Assembly: GCA_029564175.1 (NCBI GenBank)
Contig: JAKQQL010000291.1
Span: 1-31,197, forward strand
From: Candidatus Cloacimonadota bacterium
Lineage (GTDB): Bacteria > Cloacimonadota > Cloacimonadia > Cloacimonadales > WRIO01
Length of the DNA stretch: 31,197 nt
Direction of reading: 5' to 3'
This document shows positions 28,441 through 31,197 of this stretch, piece after piece. The notes beneath the pieces are model-generated. The model was not told the DNA's origin and did not search any database. It was given only the letters and a program-made list of their open reading frames with translations. How positions within the stretch are numbered: the stretch's first letter is position 1; every line of letters begins with the position of its first letter. The position numbers and the translations under genes are program-made.

Positions 28441-30210
28441 ATGATGGAAAAGATAAAGAGAATCCCCTACGGAAAATCAGACTTTGAATATGTGAATTTT
28501 CATAATGATTACTATGTAGATAAAACGATGTATATTCCTGAACTGGAGAAAACCCCTTATATCTTTCTGATTCGTCCGCGTCGTTTTGGTAAATCTTTGT
28601 TTCTGACGACACTCCACGGCTATTATGATTTAAAATACAAAAACCGATTTAATGAACTCTTTCATGATACCTGGATACTTGAAAACCCAACTGAGAACAG
28701 AGCCAAATATATGGTGCTTTATTTTAATTTTTCGGCTATTTTGAAAGAAAAGGAGAAGGTTCAGGAGGATTTTAACCGGTATTGCCTCTTAGTTATTGAT
28801 AACTTTCTAGATAAGTATCAGGAACATCTTCCTAAAAGATTAATAGAGAAAGCGTCATTAGTTGAAACTGCTCATGAAAAACTGCTTGCAATCGCAACCG
28901 AATTAACGGGTAGTGAATATAAAATATACCTCCTCATAGATGAGTATGACAATTTCACCAATACCTTGTTAACAGATTTCGGTGAAGGAGAATATAAGAA
29001 AATCACCAGACAGGCTGGCTATTTCAAACAGTTTTTTACCAATTTGAAAATGCTGACTTCCGGGATAGGCTCAGGACTTGCAAGAATGTTTATTACGGGT
29101 GTTTCTCCTGTTACGATGGATGATGTCACCAGTGGTTTCAATATCGGAGATAATATTTCGACTGATCGTGCGTTCAATGAGCTGTTAGGATTTACCGAAA
29201 ATGAGGTAAGTGATATTTTAGACTATTATATCTCCGTTGGAGAACTCAAAATTGATAAATCTGAAGCGATGACCATTATCAAAAAATGGTATGATAACTA
29301 TATTTTTTCTAGTGATGCCAATCAAAGTGTTCATAATTCTGATGCAATTTTGTATTTTGTGAATAAATCGATTCGTTCTGGCAAAATCCCTGATAGTCTG
29401 ATTGATGATAATCTACGGATGGATTATGGAAAACTGCAATACCTCATCATCCAGGATAAAACGCTTAATGGCAATTTTAAACGCCTGACAGAAATTATCA
29501 ACAACGGTGGAATCCCCTCTGAGATTAAGAAAAGCTTTCCTTTTGACCAAATTACCCAGCAGGATAATTTTATTTCTCTCCTATACTTTTTTGGGTTGCT
29601 CAGTTTTTCAGGCACTTATGTCGAGGGTCTGCCATTTCTGCATATTCCCAATGAAACGATTAAACAAATGGTGTTTGAGTATATCAGGCGTTCTTTTGAA
29701 AATGCCTATGGCTTTTCTGTTGAAATGTATGAGTTATTGCTTTTAGTCAGAAAAATGGCATATCGTGGGGAATTTAAGGATGCATTTGAATTTATAGAAA
29801 ACCAAATCAAAAAACAAAGTTCGCTCAGGGACTTTATCGATGGAGAATCCTTTGTAAAAGCTTTTTATCTGTCTTTCTTAAATATCTATGATTTTTATAT
29901 TTCAGCCTCAGAAGAAGAGATGAATAAAGGCTATGCAGACCTCATCATGAAGCCTTTTTATATTAAATACAGAGATATTAAGTTTGCTTATCTAATTGAG
30001 CTGAAATATATTAAACGAAGTGCCACAGATAAAGAGTTTGATAATCTTTTACAACAGAAAATACAGGAAGGCTCAAATCAGCTCAATCAATACGCTGAAG
30101 ACGAATATGCCCGTCAGATGCTTGGACTGCCTCCCTATGGGATGGTTAGCCTGAAAAAAGTCATTGTCGTCTTTCATGGCTGGGAACTGGCTTACTGTGA
30201 GGAATTCTAA
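28441..30210 (+). CDS. AAA-ATPase-like N-domain plus C-terminal PD-(D/E)XK nuclease (PDDEXK_9-type) protein
   Basis: IPYG..DF, YYVDKT, RPRRFGKS, LIDEYD, FITGVSP; C-terminal E.E...GYAD...IELKY. ATG 28441/28444 after AAGGAG; TTGACA at 28396. Confidence 0.88.
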   Translation: MMEKIKRIPYGKSDFEYVNFHNDYYVDKTMYIPELEKTPYIFLIRPRRFGKSLFLTTLHGYYDLKYKNRFNELFHDTWILENPTENRAKYMVLYFNFSAILKEKEKVQEDFNRYCLLVIDNFLDKYQEHLPKRLIEKASLVETAHEKLLAIATELTGSEYKIYLLIDEYDNFTNTLLTDFGEGEYKKITRQAGYFKQFFTNLKMLTSGIGSGLARMFITGVSPVTMDDVTSGFNIGDNISTDRAFNELLGFTENEVSDILDYYISVGELKIDKSEAMTIIKKWYDNYIFSSDANQSVHNSDAILYFVNKSIRSGKIPDSLIDDNLRMDYGKLQYLIIQDKTLNGNFKRLTEIINNGGIPSEIKKSFPFDQITQQDNFISLLYFFGLLSFSGTYVEGLPFLHIPNETIKQMVFEYIRRSFENAYGFSVEMYELLLLVRKMAYRGEFKDAFEFIENQIKKQSSLRDFIDGESFVKAFYLSFLNIYDFYISASEEEMNKGYADLIMKPFYIKYRDIKFAYLIELKYIKRSATDKEFDNLLQQKIQEGSNQLNQYAEDEYARQMLGLPPYGMVSLKKVIVVFHGWELAYCEEF

Positions 30211-30582
30211 CCAGCAATTTTACAAGCCTGCAAAGATGTCCCTGTCATTCAGTTATGAAACAGTCACATAGTGTTCAAATTCCTATGTGAGATTTTTTTT
30301 GTGTAAGGACTCCAGTAGTCTTTTGTACTTTGCTTGACTGCGTTCCGCTTAGATTGTCGTTACCCATAAGCAATTACAATATTTTCTACTTTAACAAAAT
30401 CACTTTTTTTACCTGTTGATGCTTATTCCCGGAAAATTTGATAAAATTTATGCTTGAAGCCAGATTATGACCTTATTCAGTACTGTTATAAACAAAATGA
30501 TGTTGCCCTTTGTCAAGCTCACCTTTAAAAATTCTCTTTACTTTTTGGACTTATAATGCTTGTTTATATGATCAGCTAATGA

Positions 30583-31197
30583 TTACGGGATACGCCTGAG
30601 AATACGGAAGCCAACATCGCTGTTACGGTTGCTTGGTTTGTTCCTGTCACGATAAGCTACCTGACAGTAGTAGTTGTAGTGGTACCAACTGCCACCACGT
30701 TTCACACGGTATAACCCACTTGTTGCACCTTCCGGATTCGTCTGATCCGATGAAGAGTATAAGCTATACCTGTCCCAACACCATTCCCATACATTCCCGC
30801 TCATATCATAGATACCCAACTCATTGGGCGCTTTGGTACCTATCAGATGAATTGCAGATCCTGAATTACCTTCACACCAAGCCACATCCCCTACGATATT
30901 AGATCCGGCAAAAGTATAACCCTGAGACAGATTCCCGCCCCTTGCTGCAAACTCCCACTCCGCCTCTGTAGGAAGACGGTAGCCATTGGCATTTATATTC
31001 ATAGTGATCGCATTCCAACTATCATCTCCGCCGTTTGGCACTGTCCCCCAGTTTTCAGGATTCGTATCATCGCCTTTGACATAACAGGGAGTCAAGCCTT
31101 CCTGAATACTCTTACGATTACAGTAAACCATGATATCATACCAGGAAACCTGTTCTACCGGACGAGTCTGATTATTTGAAAAATAAGAAGGTGTCGC
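30583..31197 (-). CDS. FGE-sulfatase (formylglycine-generating-enzyme / C-type lectin fold) domain protein, 3' part only
   Basis: The frame is open to the window edge (ATPSYFS...RPVEQVSWYDIMVYCN). Motifs YRLPTEAEWEFAARGG, PNELGIYDMSGNVWEWCWD, RV.RGGSW...GFR. Confidence 0.92.
   Translation of the reverse strand, partial: ATPSYFSNNQTRPVEQVSWYDIMVYCNRKSIQEGLTPCYVKGDDTNPENWGTVPNGGDDSWNAITMNINANGYRLPTEAEWEFAARGGNLSQGYTFAGSNIVGDVAWCEGNSGSAIHLIGTKAPNELGIYDMSGNVWEWCWDRYSLYSSSDQTNPEGATSGLYRVKRGGSWYHYNYYCQVAYRDRNKPSNRNSDVGFRILRRIP

Noticed and set aside
30211..30582. DGR template repeat, avd or RT downstream of the FGE gene
   Set aside because: No AAC-rich copy of the VR, no suitable ORF and no convincing GC hairpin were seen here. 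No RT motif appears in any ORF of the window.

Overview
AT-rich bacterial chromosomal window. It is probably Cloacimonadota-like, inferred from the NYPNPFNPETTISF-type C-terminal sorting domain, the anaerobe-type orp module and the dcw layout. From 1 to 11.6 kb the minus strand carries the dcw cluster: mraZ-rsmH-ftsL-ftsI(2xPASTA)-murE/murF fusion-mraY-murD-ftsW-murG-murC'. From 12.1 to 15.3 kb lies a six-gene orange-protein-like Fe-S/Mo cofactor module, bracketed by two inversely oriented arrays of 30-bp-period REP-like hairpins. Next come a stand-alone groES with a CIRCE-like operator and an ARE-like ABC-F with a leader peptide. A ~2700-aa secreted beta-helix/FN3/B-repeat protein is enclosed between the ABC-F 3' end and a decayed copy of that 3' end. 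The window ends with an IS481-like transposase, an AAA + PD-(D/E)XK protein and the 3' part of an FGE-sulfatase (C-type lectin fold) gene. The last ~110 bp of that gene's coding region look like a diversity-generating retroelement variable region, but no template repeat or RT is present here. The most unusual signals are the 75-bp inverted REP composites around the orp module (its promoter lies outside), the DGR-like VR, a 10-bp-phased non-canonical box array before a motif-divergent MraZ, and the ABC-F 3'-end duplication. All calls come from reading the sequence by eye; no searches were run.
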